A DNA stretch of 64,000 nt. It comes from Bacteroidetes bacterium CG18_big_fil_WC_8_21_14_2_50_41_14 (lineage in GTDB: Bacteria > Bacteroidota > Bacteroidia > Bacteroidales > F082). Of the stretch, positions 31,385-41,564 are shown in pieces. Location of the stretch: assembly GCA_002771745.1 (NCBI GenBank), contig PCUL01000203.1, positions 405-64,404 of the forward strand. Reading direction: 5' to 3'. Numbering within the stretch: position 1 is the first letter of the stretch; each line of letters starts with the position of its first letter. Made by a program: the position numbers and the translations under genes. The notes beneath the pieces are model-generated. The model did no database searches. It saw only the letters and a list, made by a program, of their open reading frames with translations, and was not told the origin of the DNA.

Positions 31385-32314
31385 ATGAACTTCCCTCATC
31401 CATTAACAGTAGCTTCAGTAGCAGACATTATCGATGGTAAGATACTTGGAAACCCTGAGCAGGAAACAATTGGGTTAAACGAACTGCATGTAGTGCGTCA
31501 CGGTGATGTCACCTTTGTTGATCATCCAAAGTATTACGACAAAGTATTAAAATCAGCTGCCTCGGTAATTATCATCAACAAGGAAGTTGAGGTTCCTGAG
31601 AACAAAAGTTTGATTTTTCACGCCGCTCCATTCGATGCGTTTAAAAAACTAATTCTTCATTTCAGGCCATTTGTTCCTGCCACAGCCATGGTAAGTCCTG
31701 ATGCAATCATCGGAGAAGGCACCGTAATACAGCCAGGTGCCTTTGTGGGAAATCAGGTGACCATTGGCAGAAATTGTATCATTCATGCCAATGTAACCAT
31801 TTGCGATCACTCAGTTCTGGGTGACAATGTAATCATCCAGCCCAATGCTGTCATTGGAGGCGATGGATATTATTTTCAACGCCGTCCGCAAGGATATGTA
31901 AAATTTGAATCCGGAGGCCGCGTAATACTTGAAGATAATGTAGAAATAGGTGCTTCGTGCACCATCGACAGAGGTGTTACAGGAGATACAACGATCGGAG
32001 CAGGCACAAAAATGGACAATCAATGTCAGGTTGGGCACGATACTGTGATTGGAAAAAACTGTCTTATTGGTGCTTTTGCAGCCATTGCAGGAGTCACTGT
32101 TATTGAAGACGATGTGCTGATATGGGCACGTGTGGCCATTAACAAAGACATCGTTGTTGGGGCAAAATCAATTATATTGGCTACCTCAGCCCTTGATAAG
32201 TCGGTTGAAGGTGGGAAAGTATATATGGGGTCGCCGGCGGTTGAAGCCCGTCAATACTGGAAAGAACTGGCTGCCATCCGGCAATTGCCGGAATTAATTA
32301 AAAAATTAAAATAA
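31385..32314 (+). CDS. Second LpxD-like UDP-3-O-acylglucosamine N-acyltransferase paralog
   Basis: 309 aa. LpxD-type N-terminal domain (VADIIDGKILGNPE ... TFVDHPKY) followed by hexapeptide repeats. Confidence 0.75.
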   Translation: MNFPHPLTVASVADIIDGKILGNPEQETIGLNELHVVRHGDVTFVDHPKYYDKVLKSAASVIIINKEVEVPENKSLIFHAAPFDAFKKLILHFRPFVPATAMVSPDAIIGEGTVIQPGAFVGNQVTIGRNCIIHANVTICDHSVLGDNVIIQPNAVIGGDGYYFQRRPQGYVKFESGGRVILEDNVEIGASCTIDRGVTGDTTIGAGTKMDNQCQVGHDTVIGKNCLIGAFAAIAGVTVIEDDVLIWARVAINKDIVVGAKSIILATSALDKSVEGGKVYMGSPAVEARQYWKELAAIRQLPELIKKLK

Positions 32315-32322
32315 TACTGGAT

Positions 32323-32354
32323 GGCCGGTTTTCTGTTAAGGAGCCGGCTTTTTT
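32323..32354 (+). terminator. Probable terminator of the lipid A/efp operon
   Basis: GGCCGGTT ... AGCCGGCT stem (8 bp including GU pairs) followed by T6. Overlaps the 3' end of the convergent ligase gene. Confidence 0.5.
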
Positions 32355-33784
32355 GATCCCTGAGTGTTGCTTTTGTCTAAGTGATAGACATCCAATGAAA
32401 CGATAATGGCAATAAATCCCCAAAATGGGACTGACAATTTATCCGTATCCAGAAAATTATTGAGGACGCCATGTGCAAAATAAGTAATCAGTCCAAGCAA
32501 AGCCATCATACTTAAAAACTTTTCTTCTCTATTTCCCGTTTTGTAAACACGCAATCCGGTAATCATCACCATCACAATCAAAATCAGGACGATCGCCATT
32601 CCGGGAATTCCCATCTCTGCCAAAGGTCCCAGGTATTCACTATGAGCATTTCCCATGTCGCCCAGGTTGGTCGAAATAATGGTTTTTTCTTTGGCTCGTT
32701 GAAAGGGTGAATAGACGAACTGGTATGTTCCCGGCCCCCAACCTACCAAAGGTCGCTCGTCAAACAACCGAAGGGCTGCCTGCCACCGGTTTATCCGTTC
32801 GAGATTAGAGGCATCAGATGAAATATTGGTAATCGACTGTATGTGCTCAATAAAATTGGCAGAAGAATCCTGTTTGTTTTTTTCTAACTTATCTATTATT
32901 TCTTGTTGAAATGTGAAGAAGAGTCCAATCAACAATGCAATGGTGGCAAAAACGATGTAGAACTTAATGCGCCAAAGCACCAACATAAATACTCCAAATG
33001 AAACAATTAAGCTTATCCACGCTGCCCTGCCATACGAAAAAATGATGCCTACTATCAGCACAAATAACACCACCGATGCCAATACCCTCATTCGGTTCGT
33101 TGCACCCGGATAAAAAATCATTCCAAATGCAACCGGAATATACATGGCCAGAGCCGCACCATAGGCTGTATGATCGTTGTAAAAGGGCGACATAATCCAG
33201 TGACCCACCTCTTCATCAAATCCATATTGCGAATGAAGTGTAACCGTGTAAACCACCACCATTGCCAAAGCGATCATATAGAGCCATAAAAACTTATGGA
33301 TATTCGACTTATTCCTGAAGATCATGGCCGCCATAAAATAAAATGGTACCACGAACCATAACCTGGAAATTAAAAACTTTAAAGAAACAATGGGCATTTC
33401 GCTGGCCAGCATGGTAAAAAACATCCAAAACAATTGCGCATAGATAATATAACTGATGGGATGTTTTGAAATGTTGCGGTCGTAGCGATTCTCAAAAATC
33501 AGATTGGCTAAAAAAAGCAACAACACGCCAAGCATGAGTGGTTCTGTGGGAAGGGAAACCCCCAAACCAACATCCATATCCAGTATATTAACAGCAAAAG
33601 GGGTTAAAAATGTAATAAGTAGAATAATGTTGTCAAGCGAGGTAAGGTAATAATACAACACGATTAAAACCAGTGGCAATAAAAAAAGCCAATACACATC
33701 TTTTTCAAGGACAAGATAAAAGTTGACCACCAGAAACAAGACAGCTAACAAATATACCCAAAGTATTTTATTCTTTTCCTTCAA
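32336..33784 (-). CDS. O-antigen ligase (Wzy_C)-family membrane protein
   Basis: 482 aa, about 10-12 TM segments with one larger loop (region FSYGRAAWISLIV typical of Wzy_C/WaaL-like proteins). Confidence 0.7.
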   Translation of the reverse strand: MKEKNKILWVYLLAVLFLVVNFYLVLEKDVYWLFLLPLVLIVLYYYLTSLDNIILLITFLTPFAVNILDMDVGLGVSLPTEPLMLGVLLLFLANLIFENRYDRNISKHPISYIIYAQLFWMFFTMLASEMPIVSLKFLISRLWFVVPFYFMAAMIFRNKSNIHKFLWLYMIALAMVVVYTVTLHSQYGFDEEVGHWIMSPFYNDHTAYGAALAMYIPVAFGMIFYPGATNRMRVLASVVLFVLIVGIIFSYGRAAWISLIVSFGVFMLVLWRIKFYIVFATIALLIGLFFTFQQEIIDKLEKNKQDSSANFIEHIQSITNISSDASNLERINRWQAALRLFDERPLVGWGPGTYQFVYSPFQRAKEKTIISTNLGDMGNAHSEYLGPLAEMGIPGMAIVLILIVMVMITGLRVYKTGNREEKFLSMMALLGLITYFAHGVLNNFLDTDKLSVPFWGFIAIIVSLDVYHLDKSNTQGSKKPAP

Positions 33785-33804
33785 AACGTTGTAATCAATT
33801 AGTG

Positions 33805-34947
33805 TTAGGAATGTTTCCCCGTGCTTACCTTCTTGCCTTCAAATAAAAAGATAATCAGCAGGGTGAAGATAAAGGTAGCCAGTGAAACAATAACAACAAC
33901 CAACCACCTTACCGGATAGCTTTTTTTATCCGAAGGATAAGGATAAGTAATAATGTTACTATAGGTCATGTTGGATTCATAAAAACGGATGGCCATTTCA
34001 TAGTCGAGTTTTACTTCCACATAGGTGCGGGCTTCATCCTGGATCATTTGTACCACCTCGATTAATTGCCCGCTGGCTTTTTCCATATTTTGCATCAACC
34101 TGTCCACTTCCTTAGTATTGATGCCCGATCCATTGCTTCCATCAACAGTTTTAAGATAACCTCGCATAATTTCCTGCGACTGGTATTCGTACTGGATAAT
34201 TCCCTGCTCTGTTCCTAAAACATAAAGCACGTTTTTTAACGAATCTAAAGTTGCACGTTTTCTTGCCAGTTGAGCACCATACATATCAATCACCTCTTTG
34301 TATTTGGATTTGTGAAGTGATGCAATTTTTTGATCATAATAGTGAAAAATCGCCTCAACCATAAGAGCTGCGGTATCAGGGCTTTTATCCAACACTTCTA
34401 TTCTCACCGACTCAAAAGGGGTTTTACTGATACGGACGTTATCATAGTATGTATTAACTAAAACTGTTTTAAAATACTTATAATCAGGATTAATTCCATA
34501 GTGTTTGGCCAATTGAAATTTGATGATCATACTGTCCACAATGCCTTTGGAGTTAAGCACCTGTAACATTTGTTCTGTTTCACTTTCTTCCGAATAAGGC
34601 TCAATATTGGCAGGATAGGCAACTCCAAACGATTTATACATAGGTGTAATAAAGGATGGCCCCGAGAAAATGATAGCGAGTATAGCCGAAATTCCAATAA
34701 TCGAAATCAGGTGGTATTTCCACTTGGCGATTAAACTGACAAGATGAGCGCTGTTAAAAAATTTGTCCATTTCAATGTTATTAATATCCCAATATAACTC
34801 TTTTTTTCCTTCTGAATTGCTACGATCCTTTCTCTCCTCAACCAATCGGTGTTCAGCCCGATGAACCTCTCCGGGTTCTTTACTATGTATTTTTTCCTCT
34901 TTCGGTTCCTTATTTAAAGATTTGAAAAAAGAATTCCAATAAATCAC
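33805..34947 (-). CDS. Wzz-like polysaccharide chain-length determinant protein (paralog 2)
   Basis: TM helix, long coiled periplasmic region, C-terminal TM helix. Shares TEQMLQVLNS and KSYP[IV]RWL[IV]VV motifs with the upstream gene. GTG start overlaps the upstream stop (GTGA); the ATG giving MDKFF is an alternative start. Confidence 0.65.
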   Translation of the reverse strand: MIYWNSFFKSLNKEPKEEKIHSKEPGEVHRAEHRLVEERKDRSNSEGKKELYWDINNIEMDKFFNSAHLVSLIAKWKYHLISIIGISAILAIIFSGPSFITPMYKSFGVAYPANIEPYSEESETEQMLQVLNSKGIVDSMIIKFQLAKHYGINPDYKYFKTVLVNTYYDNVRISKTPFESVRIEVLDKSPDTAALMVEAIFHYYDQKIASLHKSKYKEVIDMYGAQLARKRATLDSLKNVLYVLGTEQGIIQYEYQSQEIMRGYLKTVDGSNGSGINTKEVDRLMQNMEKASGQLIEVVQMIQDEARTYVEVKLDYEMAIRFYESNMTYSNIITYPYPSDKKSYPVRWLVVVIVSLATFIFTLLIIFLFEGKKVSTGKHS

Positions 34948-36002
34948 GCTACCGTTTCGATCGTACTTTTTTTTTTAATGTTATTCCCCAATGCTCCCGA
35001 GAATATCTCGAAGAGCCCAAAAATAATGATCGCCAGCAGCAGTACCGAAAATGTAGCCGTGACAACGATTAACCACCTGATAGGATAGGATTTACGCTCA
35101 GCCTTATATGCGGTGTTAATTACAAATTTATGAGGCAGGCTTTGGGTCGCATCCACCTTGGCTTCTTCGTATTTAGCTTTTAACTCACTTAGCTGCTTCT
35201 TATCGTGTTCGAGGGCATCGCGCAACGAAACATAGGGACCTCCATATTTGGCTAACATGTCAAGCTTTGTTTCGAGCCTTTTGATACTTTCTCTATTCCC
35301 CTTGGCCATCTCCATGGCCAACTGCATGTTAAACATCTCCGCCTGGCTTTCGTAGTCGTGAACGCCGTATTGACGAAGTACAGTCATACTATCCTCTTTC
35401 GTTTTAATTTCTTCTTCTAATTTTAAATACTCACGTTCAACAATCAAAAAAGCCTTTACTGCAATTTGTTTTTGCATATTATTGATGGTGGAATCAATAA
35501 GTTCGGCTACATCATTGGCCATATCAGCAGCCATTTGTGCATCTTTGTCCATTACCGTAATTTTTACGGCCATGAATTCGGTACGCCTGAATTTAAAATT
35601 ACTCTCATATTCATCGTATAATTCGGTCAACCTAAATGAGGCATTCTCTTTGATACCATAATGTTCCATCAGGCTAAACTTGCTGATAACACGATCCCTG
35701 ATTTTGTTAGAGTTCAAAACCTGAAGCATCTGTTCAGTTTGTTCGTCTTCACCAAACTCTAGTATATCTTTCGAATTATTAAAGTTATCGCTCAGTAAAA
35801 CCTTTGAAATAGAATTACTCGCCGTAGGATATAAAATTACCGTAGACTTATATAATGGAGTAATAAACCCCGGAGAAGAAAAAACAATCGATAATACAAT
35901 GCTTAAAATTCCGAGAATAGCCAAGTGCTGCCGATAATGATATACTACCTGTAATATGACTCCAGATAAAAATGGTCGTTTAAAATCGCCGCCTGATTCC
36001 AT
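34944..36002 (-). CDS. Wzz-like polysaccharide chain-length determinant protein (paralog 1)
   Basis: Same architecture and motifs as the 33805-34947 gene; 352 aa. Confidence 0.7.
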   Translation of the reverse strand: MESGGDFKRPFLSGVILQVVYHYRQHLAILGILSIVLSIVFSSPGFITPLYKSTVILYPTASNSISKVLLSDNFNNSKDILEFGEDEQTEQMLQVLNSNKIRDRVISKFSLMEHYGIKENASFRLTELYDEYESNFKFRRTEFMAVKITVMDKDAQMAADMANDVAELIDSTINNMQKQIAVKAFLIVEREYLKLEEEIKTKEDSMTVLRQYGVHDYESQAEMFNMQLAMEMAKGNRESIKRLETKLDMLAKYGGPYVSLRDALEHDKKQLSELKAKYEEAKVDATQSLPHKFVINTAYKAERKSYPIRWLIVVTATFSVLLLAIIIFGLFEIFSGALGNNIKKKSTIETVA

Positions 36003-36085
36003 TAATTTAATTCATTAAAGCCGTCAAAAGTAGGAAATATTGTTCAATGAACAAGTAGTTTGACAACATATGCAGATAAATCATG

Positions 36086-37570
36086 TCATTGCCCGGATTT
36101 CATAATAAAAATAAATTCTTTGAGATTGAATAGTTTTAGTGAAAATGATGCCAACATACCTAACAAAACAAGGGTAAGTAGTCCTGTTTTCCAATCTACG
36201 ATTACAAAATTATTCAATGTGTAAATAATCGTTAACATAAATAATATCAATAAGATAAATCGGATTATAAGAGAATAATTTATCTGGAATTTAAAGATGC
36301 GAACTGCTATCACCAACTGTAGTATGGCCGTGATCAATTGAGCCGCCATGCCGGCGAATGCCGAACCAACAGATTGAAATTTAGGAATTAATAAAAAATT
36401 CAGCCCCAAATTGATGATCACTCCAGAAAGTGCCACAAAATTAAGGATGCGCATGTTGTTATTGGCGGTTAACAAGGTACCAAATATATAATTTGACGAA
36501 ATAGCCACGAAACTAAACATGAGCACCGAAAAAATGGTAGCCGACTGCCCGATTCTTGAATTAAATTGCAGGATCGTTTCGTCAGGCATCTTGGTATATA
36601 ACATGGTCATAATCTGTTCACTATAACTAGAAACCGAGAAGGCGATGATTAAAACTCCGGAGATGAGGATCGAAAACGAAAGACGCGTTAGGTGTTCCAC
36701 ATCCTGTTTTTTGGAAATCATTTTAGCAAACAGAGGCAACAACAATACTGCAAAAAGATAGGCAAAGTTCTGGCCGGCATCCAAGAGCCTAAATGCCTGC
36801 GAATAAATACCCACCTGCTCATAAGCTATTTCTTCGGGCAACAGCCGTTGGATAAGCACAGGGTCAATCCGGTTATAAAAACTCATCAGCAATACCAAAG
36901 AGGCAAACGGAAGACTTTTCTTAATAATCAGAATGAAAAATGGCAGGTTCCAATGAAAGGTCAGTTTACCTGCCTTATGAAGAACCGCAACCAACGCGAT
37001 CACAGCAGTAAAGAGGTAGGCCGCCGTCTGGCCGTAAACGAACCATTCAATGGTAAAGGATGCATTGTACCAACCCGTCCAAAGCAAAAAACCACAAATC
37101 ATGATCATCATCAAACGGTCGAGAACAGAAATTACACTATCCGTTTTAAACAACAACAGTCCATTCAGATTCGATCGCAGATACAGTACAAACGACAATA
37201 AAAACTGGTTAAACCCAACCCAGATAAGTAAATATAAGGCCCGCCCATCATATCCGTTAAGCCATGCCACCATAAATATTACCAGCGCATAAAGGAGACC
37301 TAACATCATCTTCATGGTTCCAATTCCAGCCAGGTGCTTGTTTAACAATTGGTTGTTCTGGGCTATATTGCGGTTATTAAAATTGGTAATCCCCAGATCG
37401 AGGAAGATGAAGAATAAGAATGAAAAGTTGAAAATGGTAAAATACAAGCCATATTCCTCAGGACCTACCAAATTCTGAACCTGCCTATCGATGCCAAAAA
37501 TCCATAACGGTTTCACCAACAGGTTGAGAACAATCAATAAAAACAGGTTCTGTAGAAATTTCTTTTGCAT
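36086..37570 (-). CDS. Oligosaccharide/polysaccharide flippase (MOP/Wzx family)
   Basis: About 14 TM segments, typical Wzx-like length. Start set at MQKKFLQNLF. Confidence 0.75.
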   Translation of the reverse strand: MQKKFLQNLFLLIVLNLLVKPLWIFGIDRQVQNLVGPEEYGLYFTIFNFSFLFFIFLDLGITNFNNRNIAQNNQLLNKHLAGIGTMKMMLGLLYALVIFMVAWLNGYDGRALYLLIWVGFNQFLLSFVLYLRSNLNGLLLFKTDSVISVLDRLMMIMICGFLLWTGWYNASFTIEWFVYGQTAAYLFTAVIALVAVLHKAGKLTFHWNLPFFILIIKKSLPFASLVLLMSFYNRIDPVLIQRLLPEEIAYEQVGIYSQAFRLLDAGQNFAYLFAVLLLPLFAKMISKKQDVEHLTRLSFSILISGVLIIAFSVSSYSEQIMTMLYTKMPDETILQFNSRIGQSATIFSVLMFSFVAISSNYIFGTLLTANNNMRILNFVALSGVIINLGLNFLLIPKFQSVGSAFAGMAAQLITAILQLVIAVRIFKFQINYSLIIRFILLILFMLTIIYTLNNFVIVDWKTGLLTLVLLGMLASFSLKLFNLKEFIFIMKSGQ

Positions 37571-37658
37571 CACGTCAAAGGTAGAAAATCGAAGTATTGC
37601 AATAACGAACACAAGGTCAAAATATTCTATCGGGTTGCTTCAAGCTTTTTCAAATCGC

Positions 37659-37666
37659 TATCTTTG
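37659..37666 (+). promoter_or_regulatory. -7 promoter box TATCTTTG
   Basis: Exact TAnnTTTG 24 nt upstream of the tyrS start at 37690. Confidence 0.4.
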
Positions 37667-37689
37667 CCAAAATTTAAGAAAATATAGCT

Positions 37690-38991
37690 GTGAAGAATTT
37701 TGTTGAAGAATTGCGCTGGCGAGGCATGATCCATGACCTGACCCCCGAAACGGAAGAATACATGTTGAAAAATCCCACTGCGGGCTATGTTGGTATCGAT
37801 CCCACTGCCGACAGTCTGCACATCGGGCATTTGGTTGGGGTAATGATGCTGAAACACCTTCAAATGTGCGGACACAAACCCATTGCTTTGGTTGGTGGCG
37901 CTACGGGAATGATCGGCGATCCATCCGGTAAATCACAGGAACGCAACTTGTTAACTGAAGAATCACTTCGACAAAACGAAAACGGACTAAAAAAACAACT
38001 GGCAAAATTCCTGGATTTCGACAACGACCAGCCCAATGCGGCCATTCTGGTGAACAACTACGACTGGATGAAAACTTTTAGTTTTCTGGAATTCATCCGT
38101 GAAGTAGGCAAACACATCACAGTGAACTACATGATGGCCAAAGATTCGGTAAAAAAACGCATTTCATCCGAAAGTAAATCCGGCATGTCGTTTACCGAAT
38201 TCAGCTACCAGTTGGTACAAGGATACGACTTTCTGCACCTTTTTCAACATCATGACTGCCATTTGCAAATGGGAGGATCCGATCAGTGGGGAAATATCAC
38301 CACCGGTACCGAACTTATCCGCCGTAAACTGGGCTCCGACCAGGAAGCGTTTGCTCTCACCTGTCCGTTGATTACCAAAGCCGACGGAACCAAATTTGGT
38401 AAAACTGAAAGCGGAAATGTGTGGCTCGATCCTGAAAAAACAACTCCCTATGAGTTTTATCAGTTCTGGCTCAACGTTTCGGACGAAGATGCTGAAAAGT
38501 ACATAAAAATCTTTACCTTGTTAAGCCAGAAAGAAATTCAGAAGTTGGCTGAAGAACACAAAGAGGCACCGCATCTGCGGCTTTTGCAAAAAACACTGGC
38601 ACGCGAACTTACCATCCGGGTTCATTCGGAAGAAGAATATGAAACAGCCCTCTCTGCTACCGAAATCCTGTTTGGAAAAGGAACGACCGAAACACTCAGA
38701 CGTCTGAACGAAAAAACATTGCTCAACATCTTTGCCGGAGTGCCACAATCGCAAATCATCCGAAGTAGGTTTGAATCGGGCATTGGTATTTTGGATTTTC
38801 TTTCGCATGAAACAGGTGTTTTCACGTCGAATGGCGAGGCCAGGCGCATGTTGAAAGAAAACGGGGTTTCAATTAACAAAGAAAAAATCAGCGAAGATTA
38901 TTTATTGACCTCGAACGACTTGCTAAACAATCAATATATCCTGGTTCAGAAAGGCAAAAAGAATTATTTCCTTATTAAGGTGGTTTCTTAA
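37690..38991 (+). CDS. tyrS: Tyrosine--tRNA ligase
   Basis: HIGH motif (SLHIGHLV), KMSKS-type motif (KFGKTE), C-terminal S4-like domain. GTG start. Confidence 0.95.
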   Translation: MKNFVEELRWRGMIHDLTPETEEYMLKNPTAGYVGIDPTADSLHIGHLVGVMMLKHLQMCGHKPIALVGGATGMIGDPSGKSQERNLLTEESLRQNENGLKKQLAKFLDFDNDQPNAAILVNNYDWMKTFSFLEFIREVGKHITVNYMMAKDSVKKRISSESKSGMSFTEFSYQLVQGYDFLHLFQHHDCHLQMGGSDQWGNITTGTELIRRKLGSDQEAFALTCPLITKADGTKFGKTESGNVWLDPEKTTPYEFYQFWLNVSDEDAEKYIKIFTLLSQKEIQKLAEEHKEAPHLRLLQKTLARELTIRVHSEEEYETALSATEILFGKGTTETLRRLNEKTLLNIFAGVPQSQIIRSRFESGIGILDFLSHETGVFTSNGEARRMLKENGVSINKEKISEDYLLTSNDLLNNQYILVQKGKKNYFLIKVVS

Positions 38992-39164
38992 GCGGTGGTA
39001 TAAAACCCGATTCGTATTTTTAATTGGTACAGCCTTGAAAAGTGATGATTCTTTAGCTCTGTTTTTTCTTATTTGAAGAGGAGCCAAAAACTTCTGTTTT
39101 GGAGCAATTTCATAATTTTTAGGCATCGTTGCCGTGTACCTTCCATGCACATGGAGATTTTCAC

Positions 39165-39172
39165 TAATATTG
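39165..39172 (+). promoter_or_regulatory. -7-like box TAATATTG
   Basis: CTAATATTG lies 25 nt upstream of the ATG at 39197. The same 9-mer sits 26 nt upstream of the paralog at 39982. Confidence 0.35.
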
Positions 39173-39196
39173 CATGGTCAGCCAATGATCTCGACT

Positions 39197-39859
39197 ATGG
39201 ACATTCAAAAGAAACTCTTACTTACCATTTTTGCTGTTTTATTTCATTTTTTGCTTTACAGCCAATATGCGTTTTTAGAAGATTACCACGCACCGTCGGG
39301 TATGGCCATTGGCATAAAAGTAACCACTTTTGGCCCGGGAGCCGAAATAAGCGCTGCACTGAATCCTAAGTTTGCTTTGCGGGCAGGTGTTGCTTTTTTT
39401 ACCTATCGATACACCGAAGACATCAATACGGGTGATGCCATTGCACGCAACGCGCGAACAAATCTGGGTGCAGCTTCACTTGGGATGGATTGGATGTTTG
39501 TCAGGTTTTTACATGTATCGGCAGGTGTGATCTATAATTTTTCACAAATTAACTTCGATGTTGTTCCAACAATTCCCGATGCACAAAACAATGGTTCTGT
39601 CGCTTATCGGATAAAACCCCATCAGTATGGTCCTTATTTTACACTTGGGTTTGGCAGGAGTATTTCAAAAAAAAGAATCGTCAGTTTTGGCTTTGACGTT
39701 GGGTTCACTTATCAGGGAAGATCATTCGTCGATTACGATGTAACAGGCACTATTTCTGATAAGAAGCTCTCTAAATGGAATTTCAATGTTACCAGTAATA
39801 CTAAATTTTACAAAGTTTACCCAATCGTTAGCCTGATGTTCGCATTTCGTATTTTTTAA
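39197..39859 (+). CDS. Small outer-membrane beta-barrel-like protein (tandem paralog 1)
   Basis: Signal peptide MDIQKKLLLTIFAVLFHFLLYSQ. Alternating amphipathic pattern. C-terminal FAFRIF. Confidence 0.6.
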   Translation: MDIQKKLLLTIFAVLFHFLLYSQYAFLEDYHAPSGMAIGIKVTTFGPGAEISAALNPKFALRAGVAFFTYRYTEDINTGDAIARNARTNLGAASLGMDWMFVRFLHVSAGVIYNFSQINFDVVPTIPDAQNNGSVAYRIKPHQYGPYFTLGFGRSISKKRIVSFGFDVGFTYQGRSFVDYDVTGTISDKKLSKWNFNVTSNTKFYKVYPIVSLMFAFRIF

Positions 39860-39948
39860 TTCGTTTAACTTTTTTACTATTATCGAAGTACCCCCTTTCC
39901 ATCATGATAAAATATCATTGTTTAGTCATTGCCTTGAATATTATTTCC

Positions 39949-39956
39949 TAATATTG
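39949..39956 (+). promoter_or_regulatory. -7-like box TAATATTG
   Basis: See the 39165 entry; duplicated together with the gene. Confidence 0.35.
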
Positions 39957-39981
39957 TAGTAACTAAAAAAAATTCATTCCT

Positions 39982-40644
39982 ATGAATACTCAAAGACGAC
40001 TTCTTCTACTACCGTTCATCCTGCTGTGTATTCATTCTGTGCTTTTAAGCCAACAAGCTGATTCCGTGTTACCTGAAAAAAACGGATTGGCGGTTGGCGT
40101 GAAATTAACCTCTTTTGGTCCGGGTATTGAATTCGTATATGCAATCAACCCTGCATTTAATTTACACGCGGGAGCAACGTATTTTCGATACAGTTACACC
40201 CAGGATATCGAATCAGGAGATGCTACAACCCGGAATGCTCAGGCAAAGTTTGGCACCATTTCATTGGGAGCCGATTGGCAGTTTGTCAGTTTCATGCATG
40301 TTGCGGCAGGAATGTTGTACAATTTCACTCAAATCGACTTTGATGTTTTTCCCACTACTCCTGATGCCCAAAATGACGGAGTTGTTGCCTACCATCTTGA
40401 GCCAAATAAATTAAATCCTTATCTGTCGTTCGGTTTTGGCAGAACCATCTCTAAAAACAAACGGGTAAGCGTAGGCTTTGATATCGGAGTGGCCTACCAG
40501 GGAAGCATGGCCGTTGAATCCTCCGTCAAAGGTGTTATTTCAGATGCCAAGCTCCACAAATGGACCAACAATATAAAAACAGGATCAGAATTCTATACAT
40601 TTTATCCACTATTAAATCTGCAGGTAGCCTACCGCGTATTTTAA
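39982..40644 (+). CDS. Small outer-membrane beta-barrel-like protein (tandem paralog 2)
   Basis: Colinear with 39197-39859 and roughly half the residues are identical by eye (e.g. FGPG, PDAQN.G.VAY, GFGR.ISK). Ends VAYRVF. Confidence 0.6.
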   Translation: MNTQRRLLLLPFILLCIHSVLLSQQADSVLPEKNGLAVGVKLTSFGPGIEFVYAINPAFNLHAGATYFRYSYTQDIESGDATTRNAQAKFGTISLGADWQFVSFMHVAAGMLYNFTQIDFDVFPTTPDAQNDGVVAYHLEPNKLNPYLSFGFGRTISKNKRVSVGFDIGVAYQGSMAVESSVKGVISDAKLHKWTNNIKTGSEFYTFYPLLNLQVAYRVF

Positions 40645-40740
40645 TTTTCCAACCTTGTTATTATTGCGAATAAATACAGACACAAGTCTTTATTTAACAA
40701 TCTTTTAAATTTGTTATTTGTAATAATTCCAAATTAGCAT

Positions 40741-40748
40741 TACTTTTG
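40741..40748 (+). promoter_or_regulatory. -7 promoter box TACTTTTG
   Basis: Exact TAnnTTTG 42 nt upstream of the ATG at 40791. Confidence 0.4.
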
Positions 40749-40790
40749 CACCCTCATTCACCACAATATAAATTTAAAAATATTAGAGAT

Positions 40791-41384
40791 ATGTCATTTA
40801 AACTTCCCGCCCTCGATTACGCGTACGATGCACTGGAGTCCAGTATTGACGCACGAACCATGGAAATTCACCATACCAAGCATCACCAGGCGTACATAAA
40901 CAACCTCAACAACGCCATCAAGGATACTCCATGGGAGAACAAAACCATCGAAGAAATCATGGCCACGATTTCCACTGCCGGACCAGCCATCAGGAACAAT
41001 GGTGGCGGTCATTACAACCACAGTATATTTTGGAAAATGCTTTCCCCAAATGGTGGCGGACAACCAGGTGGTGACTTGCTCGAAGCCATCAACAGCACTT
41101 TTGGCTCGTTTGAACAATTTAAAGAAGCCTTTTCGAAAGCCGCAGCCACCCGTTTTGGCTCAGGTTGGGCATGGCTTGTAAAAACAAAAACCGGACTGGT
41201 AGTGACCTCAACTCCCAATCAGGACAATCCGCTGATGGATGTGGCTGAAGTAAAAGGTACCCCCATCCTGGCTTTGGATGTATGGGAACATGCCTATTAC
41301 CTGCATTATCAAAACAGAAGACCCGACTACATTACTGCATTTTTCAATGTAATCAACTGGAAAGAAGTTTCATCCAGGTACTAA
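40791..41384 (+). CDS. Fe/Mn superoxide dismutase
   Basis: [16 protein letters not shown] start, [18 protein letters not shown]. Confidence 0.95.
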   Translation: MSFKLPALDYAYDALESSIDARTMEIHHTKHHQAYINNLNNAIKDTPWENKTIEEIMATISTAGPAIRNNGGGHYNHSIFWKMLSPNGGGQPGGDLLEAINSTFGSFEQFKEAFSKAAATRFGSGWAWLVKTKTGLVVTSTPNQDNPLMDVAEVKGTPILALDVWEHAYYLHYQNRRPDYITAFFNVINWKEVSSRY

Positions 41385-41407
41385 TCTTCTTTCTTCAAAT
41401 AAAACCA

Positions 41408-41437
41408 AAACCCGCGACAAATTGCCGTGGGTTTTTT
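41408..41437 (+). terminator. Rho-independent terminator
   Basis: AACCCGCG...CGTGGGTT hairpin followed by T6, about 25 nt after the sod stop. Confidence 0.7.
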
Positions 41438-41564
41438 ATTTTCCAAAAGAACTGAAATATATTGGCTTTGTTAACAATCACCTGTGATTAACTCGGGTAA
41501 CTTGAAAGTGAATAGTGGGCAACAGGATTGTATTTTTACACAAAAATCACTTGTCCCCAGGATT

